A DNA stretch of 64,000 nucleotides. Source: Takakia lepidozioides. Its lineage: Eukaryota; Plantae; Bryophyta. Each line of letters begins with the position of its first letter. Position 1 is the stretch's first letter. The DNA lies in contig CM060732.1 in assembly GCA_030704615.1 (NCBI GenBank), positions 46,686,001 to 46,750,000 on the forward strand. Reading direction: 5' to 3'. This document shows, piece after piece, positions 1 to 11,642 of the stretch. Position numbers and translations under genes: made by a program. The notes under the pieces were generated by a model. That model was not told the DNA's origin. It saw nothing but the letters and a program-made list of their open reading frames with translations, and made no database searches.

Positions 1-1070
1 AGCCCCTCATAGCTCGCCACAGCCTGTCACAGCCCGTCACAGCCCCACAGGCCACAGGGCGCAGCTCGCCACAGCCTGTCACAGCCCTGCACAGCCCGTC
101 ACAGCTCGCCACAGCCTGTCACAGCCCGTCATAGCCCCACAGGCCACTGGGCACAGCCTGTCACAGCCCGTCACAGCCCGTCACAGCCCCAAAGGCCTCA
201 GGCACGGCCTGACACAGCCCCTCACAGCCTGCCACAGCCCCAAAGGCCTCAGGCACGGCTTGTCACAGCCCCTCACAGCCCCAAAGGCCACGGGCACAGC
301 CTGTCACAGCCCCTCACAGCCCGTCACAGCCCCACAGGCCTCAGGCCCGGCCTAACACAGCCCCTCACAGCCCGTCACAGCCCCAAAGGCCTCAGGCACG
401 GCCTGTCACAGCCCCTCACAGCCCGTCACAGCCCCAAAGGCCTCAGGCACGGCCTGTCATAGCCCCTCACAGCCCATCACCCTAAAGGCCACGGGCACAG
501 CCTGTCACAGCCCCAAAAGGCCACCGGCGCAGCCCCTCACAGCCCATCACAGCCCCCAAGACCACCGGCGTAGCCCGTCACAGGCCCTCACAGCCCGTCA
601 CGACCCCGAAGGCCACCGGCGCAGCCCGGCACAGCCCCTCGTAGCCCGGCACAGCCCTCGCAACCCGGCACAGCCCGTCACAGCCCGTCACAGCCCCAAA
701 GGCCTCAGGCACGGCCTGACACAGCCCCTCACAGCCCGCCACAGCCCCAAAGGCCTCAGGCACGGCCTGTCACAGCCCCTCACAGCCCGTCACAGCCCCA
801 AAGGCCTGAGGCACGGCCTGTCACAGCCCTCACAGCCCATCACAGCCCCAAAGGCCATGGGCACAGCCCGTCACAGCCCCACAGGCCACTGGGCACAGCC
901 TGTCACAGCCCCGCGCAGCCCGTCACAGCTCGCCACAGCCCCTCACAGCCCCAAAGGCCTTAGGCAGGGCCCGTCACAGCCCCTCACAGCCCCAAAGGCC
1001 TTAGGCAGGGCCCGTCACAGCCCGTCACAGCCCCCAAGGCCACAGGGACAGCCCGTCACAGCCCCATCCA
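1..1070. repeat. Degenerate minisatellite (10-bp TCACAGCCC(C/G) subunit, about 51-bp higher-order unit)
   Basis: Dozens of copies of cacagccc; recurring higher-order unit cacagcccctcacagcccgtcacagccccaaaggcctcaggcacggcctgt; runs off the left edge of the window. Confidence 0.95.
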
Positions 1071-2895
1071 TGGCCGCTCTGGCAGTTTAGCCATTTCTCC
1101 AAGGGGTTTAGCCACGCCAAGCTAGGGTTTGTGTCTCTTGGACTCTAGGCTTCTTTCCACCGAGCTATGGCGGCTGTGAGGAAATCAGCAAGGTATTCTT
1201 GCTCTTTCGGCTCCCACACACCACCGTAGTAGCCCTAAGCCATGAGGTGGTTGCCACAAACCAAGCCTTCTTTCTCACTTAGCCTTCCCAAACACGCCAC
1301 TAAACTCAATGGCAAACAACCAAGCCCTGCTGGTTCCCAGCCCTTATGAGCACTCATTCAAGCACTCTCCTTGGCCATAGCATCTGTCTTAGAGCCTATT
1401 CCAGCCCCCTACACCTGCTGCTTCAAAAGTTGCGCTCCCTTCAAGCTTGAAGTTGAAACCCCAACTCACATAGGCCCTACAAGTGCTTTTCTTTCACTCC
1501 AAGTGGAAACCAGCCCTAGACCTTCCGTTCTAGCTCTCTAAAGCTTGAAAACAAGAGCCTCAATGGGCTGAAGGCATGCTCCACACATGCCCCACTCTCA
1601 CCATAAGAGAATCAGCTCATTTGCTTCATTTCTTGCACCCACAAACCTGAAAATACAAGCTTCAGCAGGCTGAAAGCATGCTCCACATGCCCTACAGGGA
1701 AACCAGCCCCTTCCTTCCTTTCTTGCACTCCCACACCTGAAAGTGCAAGCCTTCACCAGGCTGATAGCATGCTCCACACATGCATTGCCCTCACATAAGG
1801 GAAGTCAGCCCTTCCCTCTTCCTTGCTTGCCCTCCAAGCTTGAAGATGGAAGCTTCAATGAGCTGAATACATGCTCCACACATGCAACCTCTTCACACAA
1901 GAGATATCAGCCCCCTATCTTGGCTCCTTGGCTCCTTGATGCTCTCTAAGACAAGACTAAGCACTCCACAGCCTTTGCCAAGCTCCTGAAACCCTAAGGC
2001 TTACATTTCCAGCCACAAGACACTTCTCTTGTGGTGCAAGAGCTCTTCTTCCAAGCTCTGAAACCCTAGGTGCACATTCCATGGCCTTGCCGCACCTCTT
2101 AGCTCCTGTTCTAGCCCTGCTCTTGCCATGACAAGAGCCCTCTCAATGCTGAAGCTCGAGATTGAAACCCAATCTCACCATACTTCACAAAGTGCACTGA
2201 TTTGCCCCAAGCCAAATCAGCCCTTTTGCTTGGTCTTGCAATCATTCACACAATGAAAGCTCGCATTCCCAAGTCCAGTTCTCAGCTTTGCCACCAAAGC
2301 CACTATAACCTGCTCTTGACTGGTCCTCTTCCCAATCGTGCTTGCTCATGCATGTACACAATCTGAAACCATCAAGGTGCTCTGGAATTACCTGCAGCAT
2401 GGTGCTTTCATCTCTGAAGCTGAAGATCGAATGCCAAGGTCTACCACCTCGTAACCCACATCGCCTCCGCTTCTAACAACCAAGAGCTCCACGGTGCTCC
2501 TTGCATAACAACTTGGTTTCTCTCATTCTCAAGCAAAAACCACAAGTGCTACAACTAACTCGTATCTGGCACTCACAAATACGAGCTGATCTTTCTCGAG
2601 TGATAAAGAAGAAGAATACAAGCACGAGCTCACAAATCTGAAGCCTAAACTCATGCATATATAACCTCATCACTCAAATACAAGTCAAGCCAAGTGCACC
2701 CCACGCCATGGGGAATCCACACTACGGCGCCATAGCTAGGCGCGGTGAGGCTCAACTTGAGAAAGATGAGCCTTCCGCGCTTGCCGTGAAGATAACCACT
2801 CCAGGGCCTAAATCTGCCTTGACCCCTGGATTGACACTTGGGCCAATCCCAAATGTCAATATGTAAAAGCTAGCTATTTCCTAGCTAGTTTCACA
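1071..2895 (-). mobile_element. Probable decayed LTR-retrotransposon 5' region (LTR about 2514-2895)
   Basis: 2680-2780 resembles 46410-46540 (caagtcaagccaag..cacc..gggaatccac...gaggctcaact..gaa..tgagcc). The minus strand starts TGTG at 2895. There are internal degenerate repeats of gcatgctccacacatgc at 1550-1900. No clean PBS or ORF. Confidence 0.35.
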
Positions 2896-3002
2896 CTAGT
2901 GGTCACAGCTTTATAATGTGTCAGATGAAATTGCCATTGACTTCTCTTCTGAGTTTTGGAATTCTATGCATAATTCCAGGGGAACTTTGGACAGAGCAAT
3001 AT

Positions 3003-3273
3003 CTGTTTGAATAATTCAATAGGCCGAGACAATGCTGGTGTCCCAGTGAGAAGCAAGGCATACTTTGCTCTCTGCAAATCACCAACACCCACTAGGAGTC
3101 ACAATTTTGTGGATGAAAAAACTAGACTGGACCCTTCTTGCAGTGACCACATGTATGCACCAGGAAATCTGTCTCAAGGAGCACATAGCTCTTACTTGCA
3201 GAAGCGGCACACAAGCATTTGTGCGCTTTGCCTGTGCATTCTTCAAGTAGTGTGCCTCATCCGCAATGAGTAT
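3003..3273 (-). pseudogene. SNF2-family helicase (SMARCAL1/ZRANB3-like) two-exon gene fragment
   Basis: Exon 3273-3196 encodes ILIADEAHYLKNAQAKRTNACVPLLQ (motif II DEAH), then a GT-AG intron, then exon 3071-3003 encodes RAKYALLLTGTPALSRPIELFKQ (motif III). The next donor reads AT rather than GT, and no further exons were recognised. Confidence 0.8.
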
Positions 3274-4747
3274 CTGCAAATAACAAGGTAACAACATTAG
3301 ACTAGGGACTGGATTAGGGCAGATTACTGAGTTCACTCTGTACAGAAACCAAATGCTACTGTATTATTCAGAGGTTTAAGCAAAAGACATACCCTAGCCC
3401 AAGTGTTGAGCATGCAAGCCAGAGCATGTTACTTCCAAATTTGGACAATCCCAGATTTCAGAGACCACAGGGGCTGTCTCAGTATGCAAAGGGACAAAAC
3501 CTACCTCTGTCAGGGGCTGACATTGGTAGTAAGACTTACCTTTATACATAGAATAGCCCAGATTTGTTCTAGCAAAAACCCCAACCCTACTCATCACACA
3601 CTAGTTCCGCTCCTGAATTGCTCCCAAGACATAATGTACTGAAGAGAGAGAGGATGACAATTTCTAGCAAAGATTTGCAGTGCATCTTGTTGTCTGCTTC
3701 TCTCTGTAAGCTAACAGACACTCACCTTTTTGCCTCGATTGTCCCACCATTGCCTAGAGTACATTCGTTTATGCTGAATTGCGCAACACAATTTCGAGCC
3801 TGGATCTGACGGGGCATTCATTCAATACAGCGAATGTACAACCGGAGAAATTCCATGGAACTCCTGGAGCTTCTGAAGACACAATTCCGACCCCCGTTTA
3901 ATCCATGAAACACCACTCTTGAGCTTGAGCTCAAGAAGTCATTTTTGGTTTTTTCGGGCATTCCGGGCAGATTCCAAAGAAATTGACGGCGACGATGATG
4001 TGGCACTATGGCACCCTATTCCTGCTCTACGCTAAACTAGCTTCCGACCTTCGGTCGTCGCTAGAATAATGTTTTATGATGTATTTGTGGATCCCAGCAG
4101 ACTCGCTTCCCCCTAGGCTTAGCTGAGCAAATTGAGCCCCACCGTTGCGACCCCCTCTCCCAAATGTGGGCCCCGCCACAACCACACGTGCCCGCATTGA
4201 AGTCGCTATTATCAAACAATGAGAAGCTAAGGTTAGTGTGATATAGTCATGTGAATAAATTTCAATTAACTTAGGGCTCTGGTGGTGGTAAGACATCATG
4301 TGCATTGGAGGGGCTCAAATCCTTTCCGCAAGGGTGAGTGGCGAGGCCGGCTAGCGAGGGCAGTAGGGTTAGGCTCACCCAACCAACTGTAACTACCCTT
4401 CCGCCAAATTTAGGAGTTGTAACTTGATGAGAGTAAAATGAGAAGAGGACCCAACATCTTTCCAAAAGATGACATTATATTGGTAGCATTGCCCCGGTGG
4501 AACTCTTTACAAAAGACCAAATCGGAACTGGACATCGTTGTCCCAGGGTGGGTGAGAGAAGACGGAAGGGGCTAAACGACACTAACGTGTGGATTGTACG
4601 AGGTGGATAAGAGGTTTCTCCCAGTCTAATATCTCCAAGATCTCCATAGAGTTTGATCTTGGCAGCATGGAATGGAAGGAGATCCGGGAGAATCACCAAG
4701 ACAGCCGCGATTGTCATGAACGAGGGTGATTAAGAAAGGAACCTCTT

Positions 4748-5600
4748 ACTATCCATCAATTAGTCAAGAAACCAACAAAAGAACAAAAGAACCTCTCTCT
4801 CTTTAGATTGTCAGATTAAATTAAATTAAGTTACTATCCATCCATTAGTCAAAGAACCAACAAAAGAACAAAAGAACCTCTCTCTCTCTTAGATCGTCAA
4901 ATTAAATTAAATTAAATTACTATCCATCAATTAGTCAAAGAACCACAAAAGAACAAAAGAACATTTGTCCCTTTAGCACTTGAGCAGGTAGCCCAGTGGT
5001 TGGGTGTTTGTGCCTTGCATGTGTATAACCTAGGTGATCCTAGGTTCAATCCTTCAACATGTGCCTTCAGACCGTCCATTGGGCCCTCGATGGCCTGTGT
5101 GTTGAGCAGTAGGCTCTCTAAATTCACTGGACATTAAAGAATCTTTATCTTTTATCTTTATCTTAGATCGTCAAATTAAATTACTATCCATCAATTAGTC
5201 AAAGAACCAACAAAAGAACAAAAGAACCTCTCTCTCTTTAGATCGTCAAATTAAATTAAATTAAATTCCTATCCCTCAATTAGTCAAAGAACCAACAAAA
5301 TAACAAAAGAACCTCTCTCTATTTAAATTGTTACATTACTATCCGTCAATTAGTCAAGAACCAACAAAAGAACAAAAGAACCTCTCTCTCCTAGTAGGCT
5401 CTGTAACTGGACGTTAAAGAAACTTTATCTTTATCTCTTTAAATTGTTACATTACTATCCGTCAATTAGTCTCTTTCGTAGTTAGGCTCTGTAAGTTCAC
5501 TGGACGTTAAAGAAACTTTATCTTTATCTCTTTAAATTGTTACATTACTATCCGTCAATTAGTAACAAAAGAACAAAAGAACCTCTCTCTCCTTAGATAG
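4748..5600. repeat. Degenerate tandem repeat, unit about 80-90 bp
   Basis: About 7-8 copies of actatccatcaattagtcaaagaaccaacaaaagaacaaaagaacctctctct...aaattaaatt, interrupted by a SINE. Confidence 0.9.
4977..5135 (+). mobile_element. tRNA-derived SINE, copy 1
   Basis: Pol III A box tagcccagtgg (4989-4999) and B box ggttcaatcc (5043-5052); near-identical to 5604-5760. Confidence 0.65.
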
Positions 5601-5603
5601 TAT

Positions 5604-5760
5604 CACTTGAGCAGGTAGCCCAGTGGTTGGGTGTTTGCGCTGCCTGTGCATAACCAAGGTGATCCTGGGTTCAATCCTTCAACATGTGCCTTCAGACCGT
5701 CCATTGGGCCCTCGATGGCCTGTGTGTTGAGCAGTAGGCTCTGGACGTTAAGGAAAAAAT
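5604..5760 (+). mobile_element. tRNA-derived SINE, copy 2
   Basis: A box 5616-5626 and B box 5668-5677; duplicate of 4977-5135. Confidence 0.65.
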
Positions 5761-6364
5761 CTTTATCTTTATCTCTTAGATCGTTGAAGGAGTTGGCAAT
5801 GGAGGTAATTCCACAAGCAAGGCCTAACAAGTCGAGCTTTAATCTGGAGCTCAGATGACTCCATGTAACTGTGGTACGTGTCCGGATTAGAGAACAGTGT
5901 TGTAGGCATTGCAGCAGAACGCCGCCCACCGGCTCTTAAGTATATAGTAGCTGGCAGTCGTGCCATTCGCACACACAAAGACCTCAAGCCTTCTTATATT
6001 GTCTCGCTGCGCGAGGAACCTGCCACACATACAGAAACCACATTCTGCTTGTCCAGCCAATTCGCTACTCCTCTAGACATCATTCAGATATTCTGGAGCT
6101 CTGCACCATTTCACACATCAGATCAGTAGCCCCTCGGTTTCCTGGAGACTCCCTCATTCCCGTTTGTTCGTTACCTGTTCGTTACCCTCGTTTGGAGCCC
6201 TCTGGCTGAAGATATACATTATAGTGCACATAAGCTAGCAAGGTTTGCCGAAATGCTTGAGTGAAGCCCAGTATCCAACTCAGACTTTGTAGGCAGTCAT
6301 AATTGAGGAACGCGCAGCTCTGCAGAGCCCATCGTGAAAACCTCAAAAGCAGATTTCTCCACCG

Positions 6365-9300
6365 ATGGAAGATACAAATAGAGTAAGTGCTGGTCACAGA
6401 TCTCAAGAAGCTGGGGCCCCGTGGTTGGTCACAGAGCTAGGCATAACACTGTTGTTAGCTTACCTGATCTGGCACTTCTTGCACTATCGAAAATTACGGG
6501 GACCGATCGTCTGGCCTGTGGTGGGCACTGTGCCGCAATTTCTTTGGAATCTTCCACATATGTACGACTGGACAACTGATATGCTCAGGAAACATGATGG
6601 CACCTACACTTCCATTGCTCCTAAGTGCACCAGACTGACGGCGGTCGCTACTTGCAGGTGCACGCATACTTGCGATGTGATCATCTACGGGTGAATTGTT
6701 GGAAATCTTTAAAAAAAGATAGGGTCTAGAGTCTGGATGCTGTCTGACGGTGATGAGTAATTAATCTTCTGATGGATGCGGTACTTACATGTGGTAATAA
6801 TTAAAGAAATATTGCGGACTCCTAGACTCTCAACAGCTGCAGTGGATACGTCTATACCTGGAGCTTTTATAATAGTCGTGAATGTCAACTAATAGTCGAA
6901 TGGGCAGATGTCTGATTGGCTCATCCAGCCTACTCTGAGAATTACAAATGCTAACCTGATGAGAAGTGCTCGCAGGCCTGATAATGTGGAATATGTTTTG
7001 AAGACCAATTTCGCAAACTATCCCAAGGGCCGGAGTTTCCTATTCCCTTTCCATGAGCTGTTAGGTAATGGCATTTTTAACAGTGATGGTCTCCAGTGGA
7101 AAACTCAACGGAAGATTGCTAGTTTGGAGTTCAGCAACCGTTCTTTGCGGGACTTGATGGTGAAGTCCAATGTTACGTCTGTGAAGGAACGCCTTCTACC
7201 TATCCTTGCCGACATAGCTCAGAGAAGGTAAAGGTTTAGCTCATCTGTACCTGAATGTAAATTTTTTGTCCAGAACAAGTTAGTGCCTGATCTGCCATTG
7301 TGCTGCAGTATGCCAACGTTTGAACATAAGCTCTAAATCCTTTGATCAGCTCGTGCAATTCAACATGTAGATCGAACATGTATGCCCTGGAACATCGAGC
7401 ATTTCCTAGCGGCAGCTATTCACGGTCTGGATGAGCTGAAACTACAGAAATTAAATGAAGAAGAATCCTTGGCATGCTAACTTACACATAACAGAGCTAT
7501 AGAGCTCTTTGAAATATACAGTGACGTGTTCAAGGAAGGTTGTCGATTTTCTGTTTGATTGAGCTCGTCGGTATCATGAGTTTAGACGCAATACGGTCGT
7601 ATGTCTTGAAGGAGCACAATTAAGTGATTTGGCCTAAGTTGGAACCAACGAGCTGTATATGAGTCATAGAGGGGATTTATGGGACAAGAGAAAGCAAGAA
7701 AGAGAGTGCCTGGTCCTCAACAAGCAGCCCAAATCCAACTACTGATCAAGGGATTGTGTAAGAGTCAATGCCAGCTTACATGCAGATATGTTGCTAAGCA
7801 TTTCTTATCACCTCTACAGTTGAGAGAGCTCGGAATAGACAATAGTATGGGAGAGAGAGGAGCTGAGAGACTGCTTGATCCAACTCTGCTCTTGTGGAGG
7901 TCTTGTGGGCCGCATCGTCAGAGGAGAACAATAAAACGAGTTTCGTTTCTTCATAACTCAAGGATCAGGAGAGATTGAAATCATAAGAAGATAAGCTTGT
8001 TATATGGCAACTCATGATCACAATTTCTTATGAGCCAGTTTGAGGGGTCAGGGGCGAATGTGAGGTCCTACATTCCAAATTTGGTAAGACCGCGCATCAC
8101 AAGACAACAGGCCAACAGTTCGGTTAGAATCATTGACACAACGTAACCGGGCAACTTACTGGACTGCCGAATAATATAATAATGATCTCCGTAACTAAAG
8201 ACAGATATAATGACTATGTCCAGACTCATTAAAACAGTCTTAGGTCAGTTTTTTGACAGTCGCCCGCAGGCTGACATAGTCTTGCGTGTAGCTAATATAA
8301 CGGAGGTAGCACTGTAAGCCAAACCGAATCGAGCCAAAGAGAAAGAGAGGTTGTCTTAGGTGTCTTGAAAGATTAAGTAACATTGCAGTGGAGCTTAAGA
8401 AGCTATTAAAGCTATTAAGATGCTTTAATAGTTTGGAGAAGATTAGACTGCAGATATCACAACTTTTCTGGAACACTATTAGATATCCAAGATTGGGATT
8501 GTTCGTTGACACACAGAAAAATAAGCTCTACAAGACAACATCAAATATTGTGCAGAACATACATTGCGGCAGGGGTTCCTGTGTAGGATCTGTTGATCAG
8601 ATGTCATGAACATCACAGAGATCAGGAAGTTCCTATGATCAGAGTAAATTTTATGCATCGATCTGCACAAATGGAGTTCTACATGAGTGGAATGGCTAGG
8701 ATTTTCAGATAGACTGATCAATCGCTGTTGTGGTCTATCCTAGGGTTCCAATCGACCTACAAGATGTGCTTCTTCGCTACACTTTCGACAACATCTGCAT
8801 CGTCGGGTTTGGAGTGGATCCCGGGTGCCTTGCTCCGGGCTTGCCTTCGGTCCCTTTTGCCACAGCGTTCGATGTCGCCACAGAAGCAACCCTGGTACGC
8901 ATGGTGACCCCTGAGATTTTGTGGCGTACTAACCGTGTCCTAGGTTGGGGCATGGAGGGAAGACTGCAGACAGCGCTGCAAACCGTAGACAAATTTGCTT
9001 CAGAGGTGATTTGTGCTCGAAGGAAGGAACTAGCTCTCATGGAGGACTTCAAGAGCCAGGACTCTCATGTTGACCTTCTTTCCCGATTCATGCAAATGGG
9101 CGATGCTAATGGAAAACCGTATACCGACACATTCTTGAGGGCTATCACAACCAATTTCATTCTCGCGGGACGGGATACTTCAGCGGTCGCCTTGTCCTGG
9201 TTCTTCTGGCTTCTCACACAGCACCCGTCTGTTGAGGAGAAGATACTAGAGGAGCTCAGATGCGTCTTGCAAGCAAGACTAGAAGACACCGATCCGGATG

Positions 9301-9773
9301 ATTCTTTCACATTTGATGAGCTGAAGCAAATGAATTACTTGCACGCAGCCTTGTCAGAATCAATGAGGTTATATCCGTCAGTTCCCATTGACACCAAGGA
9401 GGTGGTGGCAGATGATATCTTACCCGATGGAACAGCAGTATGGAAAGGAAGCCGCCTCATGTACTGTATCTACTCAATGGGCCGCATGGAGAGTATCTGG
9501 GGGAAAGATTGCCGGGAGTACAGGCCTGAGCGATGGTTGAGAAGTGGAATTTTCATACCAGAGTCTCCTTTCAAATTTGCTGTCTTCAATGGAGGCCCAC
9601 GCCTGTGTCTTGGAAAGGAGATGGCCTACCTCCAAATGAAATCAGCCGCCGCTGCTGTGATTCGAAACTACCATGTCGCCCTTGTACCCGGGCATAAAGT
9701 AGAATACAAGCTGTCCCTCACTTTGTTTATGAAGCACGGTCTTCAAGTGACCCTCCATCCACGACGTCAATAA
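6365..9773 (+). CDS. Cytochrome P450, CYP86 family (probable fatty-acid omega-hydroxylase), 524 aa
   Basis: Exons 6365-6657, 6976-7227 and 8744-9773 (1575 nt, phases consistent, GT-AG). N-terminal TM plus GPIVWPVVG hinge, NVEYVLKTNFANYPKG, DLQDVLLRYTFDNIC, I-helix AGRDTS, ESMRLYP (ExxR), PERW, heme motif FNGGPRLCLG. These match CYP86-clan signatures, closest to CYP86A/B by recall. Confidence 0.93.
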
Positions 9774-9779
9774 CTTCAG

Positions 9780-10760
9780 GACTCTCTGCCCAGGGTCATT
9801 CTCTAGGGATTTCACTGCAATGGGAAACAACTAGGGAAGTTGACATATTCTAGGGGACTTCAAGGAGGGGTTTTTTTTTTTTTTTTCTTGATTTTAACAA
9901 GAAGGGGAGCCAGGAGGAAGCCCTTGAGAGCTTTATTTATGATTATTGAAGATGGAGGGAAATTATATCCTAAAATGCATAGGGAAATGTTATATTCTAG
10001 GGATTTCCAGGGGGAAGTTCATATCCTGGGGACTTGAATGCAAAGGGTAAAACTATAATCTAGAGAATTCAACGAGGGAAACTATCAGGGCTGTGCCGGA
10101 ATAATTAATTTTTCTTGAAGAAGAGGTTCAGCAGTCTTTTTGGAATTTCTGTAATTCCGGCAATTATCATTACATATAATCAAATGTATGCAGATGTGTT
10201 TGGGCAGCTCAGTTGGTAGCTCGCAAGGTTATGCCAGAGCAGGTTAGGGTTTAGAGGGAATTCCGGCATAGGAAGAACAATGGTTATTATTCTTTTCCGA
10301 CAGCCTGTTTTTGCTTTAATTATTGTCGGACAGCGTAGGCAAGTAGGGTGGTCTAGGGAATGAGGGAAATCACATCTTAAAATGCTTAAGGAAATTATAT
10401 TCTAGGGATTTAAAGGAGGGAAGTTCATATCCTAGGGAATTGAATGCAAAGGGAAGTAAGTAGGGAAGTTAATATATTTTAAGGGACTTCAAGGAGAGAT
10501 ATTGTATCCGAAAATGCATAGGAAAATAAAGAGCTAATTTGTATTCAAGGATTTCAAGGAAGCAAGTTCATATCCTAGGGACTTGAATGCAAAGAAATAA
10601 ATAAGGAAGTTAATATATTTCAGGGGACTTCAAGGATGAATATATCCTAAAATGCATAGGGAAATATAGAGAGAATTTATACTCTGGGGACTTCGACAAG
10701 GGCGATCACCATCAAAGGCATTTGAATGCAAAGGGGAACAAATGAGGACCTCTAAACTTG
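9780..10760. repeat. Degenerate tandem repeats immediately 3' of the P450 stop
   Basis: Repeated tagggacttcaagg..., aagttcatatcctagggacttgaatgcaaagg and cctaaaatgcataggga modules. Confidence 0.7.
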
Positions 10761-10842
10761 ATATAAGAAAATGGGAAGGAAATATATTTATATTGCAGAA
10801 GACAAATTTTATGTCATAGGGATTTGCATTATGAACCTTTAA

Positions 10843-11642
10843 CCCTCAAGTTCCCAAGCCCTTTTTTGACTTTTTACCAATTTTGGGTACCCAGCTGCAG
10901 TAAATTGCCCCTAGAAACCTACAGAAAATCATCCAGAGATTCCAGCCTTATAGCAATGGGCCCAGCTCATTTATGCATGACATACCAAAAAAAGAGCCAA
11001 GTCCACCGTGGAAATTGTGAGATTATAGCGTTGGCCCGGACCTCAAATATCAGGTCCCAAAGAAAAAGTGAGAAAGAAATTGGTTTGACCAAATCAAAAC
11101 CTAGCTTTATCCAATTTTTCTTTCCCCAAGACCCCCCATTTCCAAATCAATAGTGGAGTGGCTATGACCCCACTAAATTGCAGGTCCAACTGATTTTTTC
11201 TGCATGCAAATTACATGGGGGTTGAAATCTCAAAATTGACAAGAGAAAATGTGCCTCCAAATGAAGTACAAATTTTTTAAAAGCCAATGGTGGATGTGTG
11301 TATGTAATGCTCACGCACCACAAGGTGAAGTGCTTTTTCCAAAATTGCTAGTTTTATGCCAAAAATGGCCTTTGGAGTGCAATCTGTTTTGGGCTTGTTT
11401 ACCTGCCACGTCAGCGGTCAACAAGCCCTTTTCAGGCCCCCAAAACGCAAATGAGAGATCTAAGATATTTTTTTGTAGGTGGAAGCTTTTTTTTTTTTTT
11501 TAAATTTTGTTTTTTCATCATACTCGAGACAAATCCCTTGTCATTAAATTCAGGAGTGGGCCCCATCATATTAGATCTGCAAAAATTAGGTCCAACTGCA
11601 AATTCAAAATGACCCGATTCAGGTCGCTTGGGAACTTGAGGG
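10843..11642. mobile_element. Non-autonomous DNA transposon (MITE) with piggyBac-type ends
   Basis: Perfect 17-bp TIRs CCCTCAAGTTCCCAAGC (10843-10859 and 11626-11642), flanked on both sides by TTAA (10839-10842, 11643-11646); 800 bp, no transposase. Confidence 0.8.

Noticed and set aside
578-1090. Repetitive ORFs 578-763 and 857-1090 as real proteins
   Set aside because: They are by-products of the minisatellite; the 10-bp subunits shift frame repeatedly.
10203-10260. tRNA gene (agctcagttggtagctcgcaagg resembles a tRNA D-arm)
   Set aside because: There is no T-arm/B box or acceptor stem; at most a SINE or tRNA scrap. The other A/B-box sequences in the window also fail to form cloverleaves.
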